DNA of 64,000 nucleotides from a virus (taxonomy: Duplodnaviria > Caudoviricetes): positions 64,001-128,000 of IMG/VR virus record IMGVR_UViG_3300028805_000037, one strand, 5' to 3'. The notes under the pieces were generated by a model. The model had not been told where the DNA came from. It did not search any database and worked only from the letters and a program-made list of their open reading frames with translations. The position numbers were made by a program, and so were the translations under genes. Position 1 is the stretch's first letter. Every line of letters starts with the position of its first letter. Positions 10,001 to 19,901 of the stretch are shown one piece after another.

Positions 10001-12003
10001 CCAGTAATACTTTTATTAATAGGAAAATAATACAATCTACCTAAAATATAATCCTGTGTTAATGGAACTGTTAACTCAAAAGTTCTTGTATTACTATTTG
10101 ATTTTGTAACATCTAATGCAGAATAAACAGCTGCATCAATTTCAGATTGTACACTGGGAGAGTTTTTAGGTGAGTCTATTCTAAAACCATATTTTAATAA
10201 TGCAGGAATATCTTGATAATATCCTCCACAAAATTCATTCTGAACACCTATAGCTGGAATGGACCATTGATAATCAGATCTACTTTTTAAAGTGGAATCA
10301 TCTATAGACTGAGTCCATTCAATAAAATCATTTTCATCAATAACATCATCATTAATCCAAACATTATAACGTGGAGGTCTTAAAATTAAAATTCCATTTC
10401 TATCTTCAAAGATTTCTAAAAAAGTGTTATTTGCTAACGTTTGTAAAATAGATAAAGGTGTTGTCATGTTAGACCAAAATAAATCAAAATGACTTCTAAG
10501 CATTAAAAGATATGCTTGTAATTTTTCTTGATTAACATTATTTTCTACCTTTGCTAAAACAATATGTGTTGACTTTCCTACCTCACGTATAGTAGATGTT
10601 GTTACTGCTAAATGATAAAGAATAATTAAAGGTTTAGCATATTGATAAGGTAACTTTTTTAATTTAGCTGGGTCACTTATTAAACGTAATACATAACTAG
10701 TTTTATCTTCTTCTACAGGAGACACAGCCAAAACATCACTTAGTAATTTAGTAAATAAATCAAAAGCATTTAACCCATCAAAGAATGTTGAAAATACATT
10801 AGTAACTGCAGCACTTGAAGTTTTCTGTTGTTTATCAGTACCTGCAATAAAGTCTATAACACTGTTAAACTGAGGTGCTATTGCATTACTACTAATGGTA
10901 GGATTTAATGAAAGTACTTTTGAAATACCTTCACAAGATACATTTAATAATGAAACACCACCAAATCTTTGAGATAAACTTACTTTTGTAACAAAGCCTA
11001 TAAATTGTGTATTTCTGTTTATAGTATTATTTATATTCTGTTCTGACGATATAGTCTTAGATATTAATTTATTTTGATTTAAATTTACAATCTCAATTAT
11101 ATCATTTGCTTCAATATTAATATTATGCTTTAACAATATATCTTGTCTTAAATTAAAGTTTGTCATATTAGACAAACCTTCCAAAGTAGTTGTGATTACT
11201 CCTACAGAATCTACTGAATTTTCTTTATTGTCATTACTAAAATCACCACGAGAAGTATTTAAAGCAATAAAATTATCATTTGTATATTTTGTACGTTCTG
11301 TAATAACTTCATCAATAACACCACAAGAACTTAGGTCGGTTAGTTCTATAACATGTACGTATTTAGATTTTTCAAGTTTACCTTCTTGTATTGCTTGTAT
11401 ATCTTCTATAACAGGATCAAATAATTTATTTAATAAATTTGTACTTAAATCTAAAGCTTTCTTAATGTAATTATCATAAGCTTCTTTTTTCTCCATAGTA
11501 TTAAGCCAGTTAATCTTTATTTCATTATTCTCAACTGACATCATACTATTTTCATAATCACGTTGTAACATCTGTAAAGCATAGTTCTGTGCTAAAGCTT
11601 TTTGTACTAAGTCATCTTCACCTGAAATTGTAGCACGGTTATACTTTAATAAAACATCTGTATTCTCTTTACCTAACGGTTTATACTCAAGAGTTTGTGA
11701 CTCACCTATTTGTTTACTTTGGTTTGTTTGACTTGTACTCAAATTTGATTTTTTATTGTAATAATCATTAACATATTCATCATACTTACTTTTTATTTTT
11801 TCTGCATCACTACTTTTTGATGACAATGCTTTTATAATATTATCACTAGGTACACCTAATGTATATAAATCTGTTACAAAACTTTCAAATAAAAATTGAT
11901 TTGCAGAATTGTTATTCATTAAATCTGCTATACTATTTTGTAAAGCAGAATAATTATACTTATATAAATATATTTTATAATTATTTTTAAATAAACTTGT
12001 CAT
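7099..12003 (-). CDS. Baseplate hub protein fused to C-terminal DUF5675/YkuD-like peptidoglycan peptidase
   Basis: Hub-like FIGFVTKV, EIFEDRNG.LILRPPRY, LLKYGFR; C-terminal CYTLED...ETAIPNG.Y...SPKF...P.LLNVP.F..IRIHTG....TDGCILVG. Confidence 0.75.
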   Translation of the reverse strand: MTSLFKNNYKIYLYKYNYSALQNSIADLMNNNSANQFLFESFVTDLYTLGVPSDNIIKALSSKSSDAEKIKSKYDEYVNDYYNKKSNLSTSQTNQSKQIGESQTLEYKPLGKENTDVLLKYNRATISGEDDLVQKALAQNYALQMLQRDYENSMMSVENNEIKINWLNTMEKKEAYDNYIKKALDLSTNLLNKLFDPVIEDIQAIQEGKLEKSKYVHVIELTDLSSCGVIDEVITERTKYTNDNFIALNTSRGDFSNDNKENSVDSVGVITTTLEGLSNMTNFNLRQDILLKHNINIEANDIIEIVNLNQNKLISKTISSEQNINNTINRNTQFIGFVTKVSLSQRFGGVSLLNVSCEGISKVLSLNPTISSNAIAPQFNSVIDFIAGTDKQQKTSSAAVTNVFSTFFDGLNAFDLFTKLLSDVLAVSPVEEDKTSYVLRLISDPAKLKKLPYQYAKPLIILYHLAVTTSTIREVGKSTHIVLAKVENNVNQEKLQAYLLMLRSHFDLFWSNMTTPLSILQTLANNTFLEIFEDRNGILILRPPRYNVWINDDVIDENDFIEWTQSIDDSTLKSRSDYQWSIPAIGVQNEFCGGYYQDIPALLKYGFRIDSPKNSPSVQSEIDAAVYSALDVTKSNSNTRTFELTVPLTQDYILGRLYYFPINKSITGNILSTGFVGYLTTISTTISPGNVDIHRLTFKYMRVAELIDNMRGRNNLADIQKSGAYILNFKRLPELSMYQSSITPNMLTEKQQKRIEDKVNNLCANNRYYWASFEAPNKNKFDTYINRNSYVSTNETRSLYKTMAPTNIRVKDFKSYEDILSSAFTPKQQLINAIWFTDLLMRTNSSKTHDLNATAYYSREIRTKANEQKFLEYLNKDATFGGKYNSLDYITDINISNLSAPYATVNNKFFVTDSIVPNILSGFAAGDLKDFQIIMNEILQAYNRYLKNDRYTQSYKVWYIEQKKNTEYQYFDHYDRLTNMVNKYNKFCNSKFAYYEFELAYDYAGKDVSILLEYVNEKEGNILINKFKKLFSNSTPGIYFTWYKKLFNLFKDLYHNETINVGVPAYVYKDSEQFPLVQSLYNRGAYIAGVSPINYKTDLIEFNETIITPNIGKNNQVKLKDMSLRNSMGEILGEFTKLILDVTLYSKTGLLYYYPVIKFDYEKVKDLYGYDVTILEKHYITTESEINQFINTGKCDNKFLPCVIRVGYNEIPEDKIPTIQQIYNKGGLYVGIDKYTDGRVSTVNDFKAVFDPSVLYVWNNSDFENLYNVTIYNLIESINGNQFGSFLFCNERLDKELNLKINNIVSWGSLIKSGEGVFRKVPCVYNTSLIINLQKDITINNDTQKQIIDKFKNNVVDVAYKIDDFEKGYLYIQDKTYINDNGTYNVEYKNSSALVCRLDGGAVTVTNAGGINVVSNDRSSSYTKNITLNSEKSEFIKSVELKEQIQVNLYNADNSYMKLNSKDWYPYKIQKLQLPDVNLDPNKYVLDKYNSSARPLKIILHRYLLDSSRTIGKLYINTVTEKPFCYTLEDTYRGQDLTNIKIDNETAIPNGIYLTRVSWSPKFGGNYPELLNVPFFTDIRIHTGSSVQHTDGCILVGDFSGDIHGTFTANSKYTEELGNLIVNAGCPIIEITII

Positions 12004-12006
12004 TAA

Positions 12007-13005
12007 TTACCACCCGTATCCTAAGCTATATCCTGAATCAGAAGCAACAACAGTTAACTTTATGGAATTAGAATCGTTCTTTGCAGCAATTTCTGCTTTT
12101 GAAGTTCTTGCTTCTATAACTGGCTCCCCAACAAACTGTACAGTATAGTCATATAAAAAAGGTTTATCAGAACGTTCTGAATATGTAAAGTTTTTTATAT
12201 GTCCTACAAATGTAACAAATCCATCTTTAAAACTATCTGAACCAGCTACACTTCCAGAATTTTCCATAAGTAAATATATATAAGGTGATTTATTTTCTAC
12301 ATTTCTTGTAAATAAACCTTCACCATAATAAGATAATAAGTCGTTAATTTTTTTAACATCTGTATCAACTACAGTATCAAACTTACCTTCAGTATCTGCA
12401 CCAGTCCAATCATTGTTTGAAACTTCTTGTAGTTTATGCATAAACGTTGATATACTACCTGTGATACTGGAAACATTTGCATTTAACTGCTTTATCATAT
12501 TTGAATTACTTTCATTTAAATTTCCAACAGTTTTACCACCAAAAGCACCCATATAAGAAATACCTTTAAAACTTATTACAACTGGCTTATTATGCCATGA
12601 CTGTAAAAAATTTGAGCTTATACCATATGACTCACCTATTGGATTATCCCAAGTTACATCAACTGATTGTAATGCTGTTATTTTAAATGGGTCTGTAAAA
12701 GTACTAGATGTAATATTTCTTGATTGAAGAGATGTATTAATCATATTAGAATTTTTAATTTCAGCTTCAACTTTATTAAGCTCTTCTTGAACAGATTTCA
12801 AATTTTCTTGTAATGCTAATGCTCCTTCTGATTGTCCTTTATTTTGTTTATTTAAATTTACTAATTCTTCTGAAAGAATAGACTTTTCTCGCTCTAAATC
12901 TGCACGTTTAGTTAAAAGCTGATCGCGATAATTCAGAACAGATGCAGGCTGAACAATTTCACCCCATAACCATAAGTTTCTAGATTTCACAGCTTGTAGT
13001 AACAT
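12007..13005 (-). CDS. Putative tail-tube initiator / baseplate protein
   Basis: Between tape measure and hub; C-terminal F.GHIKNFTYSE....PF.YDY...F tube-like strand pattern. Confidence 0.55.
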   Translation of the reverse strand: MLLQAVKSRNLWLWGEIVQPASVLNYRDQLLTKRADLEREKSILSEELVNLNKQNKGQSEGALALQENLKSVQEELNKVEAEIKNSNMINTSLQSRNITSSTFTDPFKITALQSVDVTWDNPIGESYGISSNFLQSWHNKPVVISFKGISYMGAFGGKTVGNLNESNSNMIKQLNANVSSITGSISTFMHKLQEVSNNDWTGADTEGKFDTVVDTDVKKINDLLSYYGEGLFTRNVENKSPYIYLLMENSGSVAGSDSFKDGFVTFVGHIKNFTYSERSDKPFLYDYTVQFVGEPVIEARTSKAEIAAKNDSNSIKLTVVASDSGYSLGYGW

Positions 13006-14618
13006 TAAGCACCTCCCATATAAGAAGAATTATCTGAACCACTAAATTTATTTATATCGTTTAATTGCCCCATAGATTCATTTAATATTTCATATGCAGA
13101 TTTTCTAGTACCAAACCCTGCTACAGAAGCAATTTGAACTACACTTTGTAACATAGATACAAGTAACCCTATAATAGTTTGTAAAGGTTGTTCAAAGAAC
13201 ATTTGTTGTTGTGCATAAAATTGTATCTGAGCTGCATCCTTTCCAGTTACCTGTTCTTGAGAAAATTTATGAACTGCTTGTGCAAATGTTAAATTTTTAT
13301 AATCATCTGACTGAAATACATCTTTACGCTCCATCATTAAATTTGCTAAATATTCTCCAGTCTCTCCTTGTAAACCACCAAAATATCCAGGAGCAAGTGT
13401 CATTAAAGTTTTTGTATCTAAATTAGTGGCATTCTTTAAAGTTGTCCACATACTTGTAAGTTTATCAAATTGTTTTGTTGTTCTATAGCTATCTACTAAA
13501 CCGGATAGATCTCCTCTACCAAAAGACCTGAGCCCTTGAGTTAAAGCTATAAATTGATTAAACGGTATATTCATACCAACTATAGATTGTATTTGTGATG
13601 CTAATTGTTGTGGTGATGCTTTGTCTAAAATTCCATCTGTATTTTTACCAATTAATTTAACTAATCCTACTATATCAGTTAAAGCCATAAAAATACCATT
13701 ATTACTAAGTGCATTTAACTTACTGTAGTTTGTTAGCATATTTACAATATTAGAATCGTTAAACCCTGCTAAACGTCCTTGTTGCAAAGCTTCATGTAGA
13801 AATCTAACGTTCTTTAATCCAGCATCACCACGCCCCATAAAATACTGAGAACCTACAGTACTAATCAGTTGTGCTGTTTCTTGGAATGATCTACCTAATA
13901 CCATTCCTTGTGCAGCTACATAATCAAAGCTTTTAATTAATTCAGAAACTGCTGCATCTGCACTCATACCTTCTGATTGTCTTGCAAATACTGCAGATTC
14001 TAACATTGCTCTATAAGCATTTTTATAATCTTGGCTAGCTGCAAATAAAGGAGAAGAATGCATAAAGGGATTATTTACATAACTTGCGTGTAATGTTGCA
14101 GCTCTAAACATTGCTTTAGGATCTTCCAAAGAGCCTCTATTGGAAAGCATACTTGTAGCTTTTAAATATTTTCCTCGCTCACCAATCATTTGTAGGATAC
14201 TATTTAAAATGTTTACTATCAATCCAACAGCAGGAACTATTTTAGTAAGAATTACACCAAATCCTTTACTACCAGAAATAAGTAATCTTCGTGCTGTTTG
14301 ATTAATAACTGCATCACTTTTACCAGGATAAGCTTTTTTTAAAGCAGACTTTGTTAGCGCTAACCGAAACTGGTTACCTATACGATTTCCAAAATCTTTC
14401 CAACTACGTGCTGTAAGAAGATTCAATCTACCATATTTATCTTGAGTTTTTTTAATGTCACGTAATAATCTATCAGATTCTTTGGTTTTCTTACGATCTT
14501 CTCTTTCTTCTTTACTTTCAGATAGAATCTGCTTTAAAGCATCTAACTGCTCCATATCCAATTGAAGCATACTTTTTATCTGTTCAACAATATTAGAGTC
14601 TTTATTATCTTCTGCCAT
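13005..14618 (-). CDS. Putative tape measure protein (short, 537 aa)
   Basis: Directly follows the frameshifting tail chaperone; helical, Ala/Gly/Leu-rich. Confidence 0.6.
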   Translation of the reverse strand: MAEDNKDSNIVEQIKSMLQLDMEQLDALKQILSESKEEREDRKKTKESDRLLRDIKKTQDKYGRLNLLTARSWKDFGNRIGNQFRLALTKSALKKAYPGKSDAVINQTARRLLISGSKGFGVILTKIVPAVGLIVNILNSILQMIGERGKYLKATSMLSNRGSLEDPKAMFRAATLHASYVNNPFMHSSPLFAASQDYKNAYRAMLESAVFARQSEGMSADAAVSELIKSFDYVAAQGMVLGRSFQETAQLISTVGSQYFMGRGDAGLKNVRFLHEALQQGRLAGFNDSNIVNMLTNYSKLNALSNNGIFMALTDIVGLVKLIGKNTDGILDKASPQQLASQIQSIVGMNIPFNQFIALTQGLRSFGRGDLSGLVDSYRTTKQFDKLTSMWTTLKNATNLDTKTLMTLAPGYFGGLQGETGEYLANLMMERKDVFQSDDYKNLTFAQAVHKFSQEQVTGKDAAQIQFYAQQQMFFEQPLQTIIGLLVSMLQSVVQIASVAGFGTRKSAYEILNESMGQLNDINKFSGSDNSSYMGGA

Positions 14619-14620
14619 AA

Positions 14621-15315
14621 TTATTTACCTACTGTTTTTTTAGATTTTTTTATTTTACTTAATTGACTCTGTACCATTTTTTCAAAATCTTTATCACTTG
14701 TACTTGCTTGAACTACAGACGTACCTGGTTTTTTACCAAGCTTATCTATTTCTTTTTTCATTAATTCAGAATCATTCTGTATATTAGTTAGTATCCAATT
14801 TATTTGTATTGTAGATAAATCTTTCACCAATGGATCGTTTGGCAATACATGAAAAGTTTTACATATTTGCCATAAAGAAATGCTTATATTGCTAGAAATT
14901 AATTTTTTTTTATAGTATCATCGTTGAAAAGATTATTAATACTCTGTTCATTTTCAACATAAGCATTATAGGCTTTATCTATAAAAAGAGGGGGGAGTTG
15001 TAAAAGCAGTTTATGTAATGTAGTTTTAGATTCCATTGAACTGAAATCTGTATCATTTATTTTTGTAATTGCATATACTAAAATAGGAACTTTACTAGCT
15101 TCCATTAAAAGATAAAGTGAGTTATTTAAATCTTCTTCATTAACCTTATCATCTATTTTAGGTAATTTAATTAATTTAGAATACTTTTCTCTATCATCTT
15201 GGGTTAAATTTTTTAAAGTAATTTTTATACCATCAATAATTTGTACTTCTTTTTCAACTGTACCTTGTTTAATTAAATTTAAAATTGCAGTGTCTGTTAA
15301 TTCAAACTTTTCCAT
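14621..15315 (-). CDS. Tail assembly chaperone, -1 frameshift fusion product (G-T type)
   Basis: A9 run (ATA AAA AAA AAT TAA) near 14903-14911; the -1 frame is open into ORF 14621..14845 (KLISSNISISLWQICKTFHVLPNDPLVKDL...). Confidence 0.85.
14899..15315 (-). CDS. Tail assembly chaperone (short form)
   Basis: Between tube genes and tape measure; ends IKKN* at the slippery site. Confidence 0.85.
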   Translation of the reverse strand: MEKFELTDTAILNLIKQGTVEKEVQIIDGIKITLKNLTQDDREKYSKLIKLPKIDDKVNEEDLNNSLYLLMEASKVPILVYAITKINDTDFSSMESKTTLHKLLLQLPPLFIDKAYNAYVENEQSINNLFNDDTIKKN

Positions 15316-15338
15316 TTTTTTCTCCTTTTCATTTTTCT

Positions 15339-16028
15339 TTAAAATGTTATTGATGTTGGTAAAACAGAAGCAACTGAAGATGTTAACATTCTACTTAGGT
15401 TTGGCTCAAATGTTTCTACTCTACCTACATCTACGTTTACATCTTGTTTAACTAATATATTTCCTGCATTTTGTAAATTATAAGAAATTGGATTATCTTT
15501 AATCCAACAGTTCCAATAATATGTTATTGATGTAACTTGTTTTCCTGATGTATCCCAGCCATCTACTCCGCTATGATCATAATTAATAACTTGAATATGT
15601 ATTGGTTTTTGTTGGTATAAAACATTTCCGCTAGTCATTCCAAATAAACCTAAGAACTCACCATTTGTTTCCAAAGTCTTTGTAATTTCTGCAATCTGTG
15701 AAGATTTAATTCCAAAAGATTCTAACTGTTGTGTCATTGGAAAACCGTAAGTATCTTTATATAATACAATCTTTGTAAGTGTTAATGTAGTTTCTATTTG
15801 ACCAGGAATAATATCTAAAGGTTCGAATGCGTGTTTACCTAAACTATAACGCCTTGTATTACGTCTATCGTTTCTTCTTTCTAAACGTTCAATTGTCCCT
15901 ATTGCTGCAGTTAGAGGAACTGTAAGATCTACACCTGCAATTTTTGTAGCAATAGGTAATACTACAAATATATCTGTTGCTGTAGCTAACATTCCTTCTG
16001 TATATGGTAAAGAACTTCTATCTGCCAT
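15339..16028 (-). CDS. Tail tube protein paralog 3
   Basis: IGTIERL...NDR...R.Y.LG....P.DIIPG......LT..KIVLY and NCWI motifs shared with the other tube paralogs. Confidence 0.75.
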   Translation of the reverse strand: MADRSSLPYTEGMLATATDIFVVLPIATKIAGVDLTVPLTAAIGTIERLERRNDRRNTRRYSLGKHAFEPLDIIPGQIETTLTLTKIVLYKDTYGFPMTQQLESFGIKSSQIAEITKTLETNGEFLGLFGMTSGNVLYQQKPIHIQVINYDHSGVDGWDTSGKQVTSITYYWNCWIKDNPISYNLQNAGNILVKQDVNVDVGRVETFEPNLSRMLTSSVASVLPTSITF

Positions 16029-16040
16029 TTAACACCTCAA

Positions 16041-16643
16041 TTATATTCTGGTATCTGTTTCAATCAAACCTGTTTTTGTTGAAATAACACCTGTAGCTAT
16101 ACAATTTACTCTCTGTATAATCATCATATCATTTGCTCTCTCAATAGAGAAATCCATATTATTATTGTCAAACCATACACCATAAATCATTATTGTTTTC
16201 GCACCTGTAGTTAAAGTCTTTCCGCCTTCACCCGCTCTTTCAACACCAGGAACATTTACATAAATCATTAACGGGGAATTTTGTTTCATAATATCATATG
16301 ATTTACTATAGCCAAATGCTTGTGCAATTGTTGATTCATATAAAACTACTCTCTCTAATTCCAATGAATACTCTGGTAAACCAGGAACAACTTCAACAGG
16401 TCTACCTGCAGTATCTATATTCAATTCTCTTCTATATTCTGCTTCTCTTTTTGTAATAATTTTAATTCTTTGTATCGCACCTACAGGTTTGTTCACATCT
16501 ATTTTACTAACTAAATTATTAATTATATTCTCTTGAGTTTTAAAAGTTGATCTCATTATAGTCCATGGAGCTGCATAAAGAGTAGCATATATCCTCGGGC
16601 GCATCTCTAGATCACGAAGTATATCATCTTGTTCTGCTGCCAT
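16041..16643 (-). CDS. Tail tube protein paralog 2
   Basis: VGAIQRI.I...R....RRELN..TAGRPVE..PGLP.Y.L.LERVVLY; IYGVWF. Confidence 0.75.
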   Translation of the reverse strand: MAAEQDDILRDLEMRPRIYATLYAAPWTIMRSTFKTQENIINNLVSKIDVNKPVGAIQRIKIITKREAEYRRELNIDTAGRPVEVVPGLPEYSLELERVVLYESTIAQAFGYSKSYDIMKQNSPLMIYVNVPGVERAGEGGKTLTTGAKTIMIYGVWFDNNNMDFSIERANDMMIIQRVNCIATGVISTKTGLIETDTRI

Positions 16644-16655
16644 ATGTTTATCCTC

Positions 16656-17900
16656 CTAATTAATTTTATTTATAAAGTCTTCTACTTCTTTTAAATTCCA
16701 AAATACTTTATAATTTAAGCTATTTTCTCTAGCTATTTTTAATTTTTGTGGATCTAATATAGTCCACACATATATTGCATTTATGTAAAATTGTATACCC
16801 TTACTTTTCCAAAACTCTAATATCTTCTGATGTTCTAAATTATCTTTATCGAATGACTCAGGACCGTGTGTAAAGTGTCCATTATACTCAATATATAAGT
16901 CTTTTGATTTAATATAAAAGTCACAACGATATGGATAAACTTTTGACCTATATTGACGTTCTATATCATCTTTAGTGAATTTAGTTAAGAGAAGTTGGTA
17001 AACTTTTTCTTCTGGTTCTGATGTACTAAATGTATTATTCCGTTTCTTTGTATTATATATTCTCTCTTGAATTTCATTAATTCGTAATCTATAATCTTTA
17101 GACTTCATATAACTACTTACACCATAACGTTTTAAACAAGTTTGCTTAGATTTTTGTTTATTCTCTTCCAATTGCAAATTTGTCTCTACACCATACTTTT
17201 CTAAATAACTTTGCCTAACTTTATTTTTAAAATCTTCAGATTTATTTTTATGTATATTTGCACAACTAATACAACAAAATTTTCCATACCCATTTATATC
17301 TGAAAACTTAATTTGCTTTCCACACTGCTTACAAGTAAAAACTTTATCTAGAGGAATATTTTTATGTAGCCTATAACGTAATTCAGATTTTGTTAAGTTA
17401 TATCTATTAAGAATATCTTTTACTTCCTGAACTGTAAAATACTTCTCCAAGTCTTGTAACTTCACTTTTCTATGTTTACGTATATAATCTTTCAATCCTT
17501 GAAAATTTAACTGTATTGGTTTTTTATTAAGACGTTTTTGCTTACGTGTTTCTAATAATTTATCTTTACAAACTTGTGTTTTTAAATAATTATCTACACC
17601 ATATTTCTTTAAACAAGTTTGTTTGCATCTATCTTTATAAACTTCTGTTTTACTATAATTGTCAACACCATATTTCTCTAAGCAGGCTTGCTTTACCTTA
17701 TCTCTATGTTCCAGGGACTTATTTATTATTGTCAAAGTACAAACTTTTGAACAAGCTGTAATAATATTCTTACCAACTTTTAAATACTTTATACGCGTTT
17801 TAATTTGCTTATCTGTATAATGAAATATTTTACCACAACATTGACAGACCTGTTCTTTAAATAATTCTGGAAATTGTTCTTTGACTTCCTGTTTACACAT
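16656..17900 (-). CDS. Free-standing Zn-ribbon / 23-aa-repeat / Vsr-EDxHD-like endonuclease (copy A)
   Basis: Two CxxCGK...CxxxC modules, 4 KQxCLxKYGV-type repeats, C-terminal S..E...RQY.S..YPY.CDFYI...DLYIEYNGHFTH...W...D..K. Confidence 0.8.
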   Translation of the reverse strand: MCKQEVKEQFPELFKEQVCQCCGKIFHYTDKQIKTRIKYLKVGKNIITACSKVCTLTIINKSLEHRDKVKQACLEKYGVDNYSKTEVYKDRCKQTCLKKYGVDNYLKTQVCKDKLLETRKQKRLNKKPIQLNFQGLKDYIRKHRKVKLQDLEKYFTVQEVKDILNRYNLTKSELRYRLHKNIPLDKVFTCKQCGKQIKFSDINGYGKFCCISCANIHKNKSEDFKNKVRQSYLEKYGVETNLQLEENKQKSKQTCLKRYGVSSYMKSKDYRLRINEIQERIYNTKKRNNTFSTSEPEEKVYQLLLTKFTKDDIERQYRSKVYPYRCDFYIKSKDLYIEYNGHFTHGPESFDKDNLEHQKILEFWKSKGIQFYINAIYVWTILDPQKLKIARENSLNYKVFWNLKEVEDFINKIN

Positions 17901-17990
17901 ATTATTTATCCTCCGATAAATAACTCAAAACAAAATATGGCAGGAGTGTGAGTTGCACTCTTTTCCCGTTGCAATCGGTAGCCATATAAA
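17901..17990 (-). ncRNA. Structured RNA leader (3-way junction + pseudoknot + SD hairpin), copy 1
   Basis: AUAUGGC-UA-CCG[7]CGG-GAAAA-GAGUG[CAACUCA]CACUC-CU-GCCAUAU...UGAGUUA-UUUAUC[GGAG]GAUAAA; covaries with copy 2. Confidence 0.8.
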
Positions 17991-18008
17991 CCTTATATTA
18001 AGTATGAT

Positions 18009-18027
18009 TATGATTATTTTGTCAAGG
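18009..18027 (-). promoter_or_regulatory. Conserved upstream element, copy 2 (CCTTGACA-AAAT-AATCATA)
   Basis: One mismatch to the consensus; lies just upstream of RNA leader copy 1. Confidence 0.7.
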
Positions 18028-18050
18028 ATGGTTTTTGAAGATTTACAATA

Positions 18051-18635
18051 TCATCTGTTTCCAACAATTCCTGCAGCACGAGCTCTGCAATTCTGTATTA
18101 TTTTAATATCATCAACATTATCGACACCAAATTCAATGTTGGAATCCAAAAACCAAACACCGTAAATATACCAGGTTTTTGTTAATAACTGATCGCTACT
18201 TGTTTTATCTTCATCATCAGGGCAAATTAAATTTATTTTTATTAATAAAGGTCTTGTCTGTTTCGATATATCTAAACTATCATCTACATCTGAATAAAAT
18301 TCATCTGATACCATTGAATCATAAAGAACAATTCTATCTAAAGACAAATCATAGCCAGGTAACCCAGGATAAGATTCTACCGGTCTACCTGCAGTTTTAT
18401 AATCAAGTTCTCTCCAAATATTTAATTGTCTTTCATTTGTAATCTCTAAATTTTGGATTGCACCAATCTGTTTTCCATTAGCAGCAGCTTCAACAAGTCT
18501 ATTATATAATTCTGTAGGTTTTGTAAAATCTGTACCTGTAAAATTAAATGGCACACTATATATTTCTATATAGGCTTTGTATGCTGTTTTTAAACCCTTT
18601 ATTAGACTGTTTTTATAATCTCCAGTAACTGCCAT
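18051..18635 (-). CDS. Tail tube protein paralog 1
   Basis: IGAIQNL.I...RQL..WRELD..TAGRPVE.YPGLP.Y.L.LDRIVLY; IYGVWF; first tube gene after the sheath. Confidence 0.8.
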   Translation of the reverse strand: MAVTGDYKNSLIKGLKTAYKAYIEIYSVPFNFTGTDFTKPTELYNRLVEAAANGKQIGAIQNLEITNERQLNIWRELDYKTAGRPVESYPGLPGYDLSLDRIVLYDSMVSDEFYSDVDDSLDISKQTRPLLIKINLICPDDEDKTSSDQLLTKTWYIYGVWFLDSNIEFGVDNVDDIKIIQNCRARAAGIVGNR

Positions 18636-18647
18636 ATATTATCCTCC

Positions 18648-19901
18648 TTAATTAATTTTTCTAATCCAATCTTCAACTTCCTCTATATTCCAAAATATCT
18701 TGTAATTCAATTTATTCTTTTTAAATGTTTCTAATTTTCTCGCATCTAAATCTGTCCAAACATAGATTGCAGTTCGAAAGAACTTGCTTTTTTTAGATTT
18801 AACTTGCCAACTGCTCAATATATTAAGATGTTCTAAATTATTCTTATCAAAAGATTCTTTTCCGTGTGTCCAATGCCCATTATATTCAATATATAAATCT
18901 AGGCTCTTAATATAAAAATCACATTGATAAGGATATAATTCATTTTTATATTGTCTAATAATATCTTCTTTACCAAACTTAGTTAATAATAGTTGATACG
19001 TTTTTTCTTCAAATTTAGATTTATTATATGTATTATTTTGCTTCTTAGTACTCCATTGTTTCTCTAAGATTATAGCTTTATGTTCTTTATAGAAATCCCT
19101 ATATTCTTGAGTTTGTGTATAATTTTCTACACCATATCTTTCTAGGTTTGTTTTGCGCTGCTTTTCATTAATCTTTTCCACATCTAATTTATATTTCTTT
19201 GATTTCTGAAAACTCGTTGCTCCAAACTTATCTAAACAGGTCTGCTTTACCTTATCTTTATATTCTTTGGTTTGTGAATAATAATCTACACCATACTTAT
19301 CTTTACATGTCTGGTTTGATTTTTTAATATAGTCGTCTGTCTGCGTGTAATGTTTTTTTCCGAAATTCTCCAAGTTTGTTAATTCTCTTTGCTGTTGAAT
19401 CAAATATTTATTGTCCTGCATATATTTTCTATGCTGATCTGATTGAGAATAATATTCAGTTCCATACTTCTCTAAGCATGTCTGTTTATATTTATCTTTA
19501 TAATCTTGTGTTTTTAAATAACTATCTACACCATATTTATTTAAACATGTTTGTTTTATTTTATCTCGACATTCTTTTGTTTTTGCATAACTTGTAGTAT
19601 TATATTTTCTTAAACAAGTTTGTTTAACTTTATTTACATGTTCTTGTGATTTATTCATACAACTCATTGAACAATATGTTTGATATCCACCATGCGTACG
19701 TTTAAATTTAATAATCTTTCCACAAGTTTTACATTTGAATACTTTATCAAAAGAAATATCATGTTTAATTCTATAACATAATTCTTTTATGGATAACTTA
19801 TAAAAAATTGCTGTAGCTTCAACTTCTTTCGTTATGTATTTTTTTATAACTTTGTTATAAAATTGTTTATGACTTTTTATATACTTAACTAATTCTTCCA
19901 T
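18648..19901 (-). CDS. Free-standing Zn-ribbon / 23-aa-repeat / Vsr-EDxHD-like endonuclease (copy B)
   Basis: CKTCGK...YCSMSC, about 7 KQTCLxKYG-type repeats, CDFYI...DLYIEYNGHWTH...WTDLD..K. Confidence 0.8.
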   Translation of the reverse strand: MEELVKYIKSHKQFYNKVIKKYITKEVEATAIFYKLSIKELCYRIKHDISFDKVFKCKTCGKIIKFKRTHGGYQTYCSMSCMNKSQEHVNKVKQTCLRKYNTTSYAKTKECRDKIKQTCLNKYGVDSYLKTQDYKDKYKQTCLEKYGTEYYSQSDQHRKYMQDNKYLIQQQRELTNLENFGKKHYTQTDDYIKKSNQTCKDKYGVDYYSQTKEYKDKVKQTCLDKFGATSFQKSKKYKLDVEKINEKQRKTNLERYGVENYTQTQEYRDFYKEHKAIILEKQWSTKKQNNTYNKSKFEEKTYQLLLTKFGKEDIIRQYKNELYPYQCDFYIKSLDLYIEYNGHWTHGKESFDKNNLEHLNILSSWQVKSKKSKFFRTAIYVWTDLDARKLETFKKNKLNYKIFWNIEEVEDWIRKIN

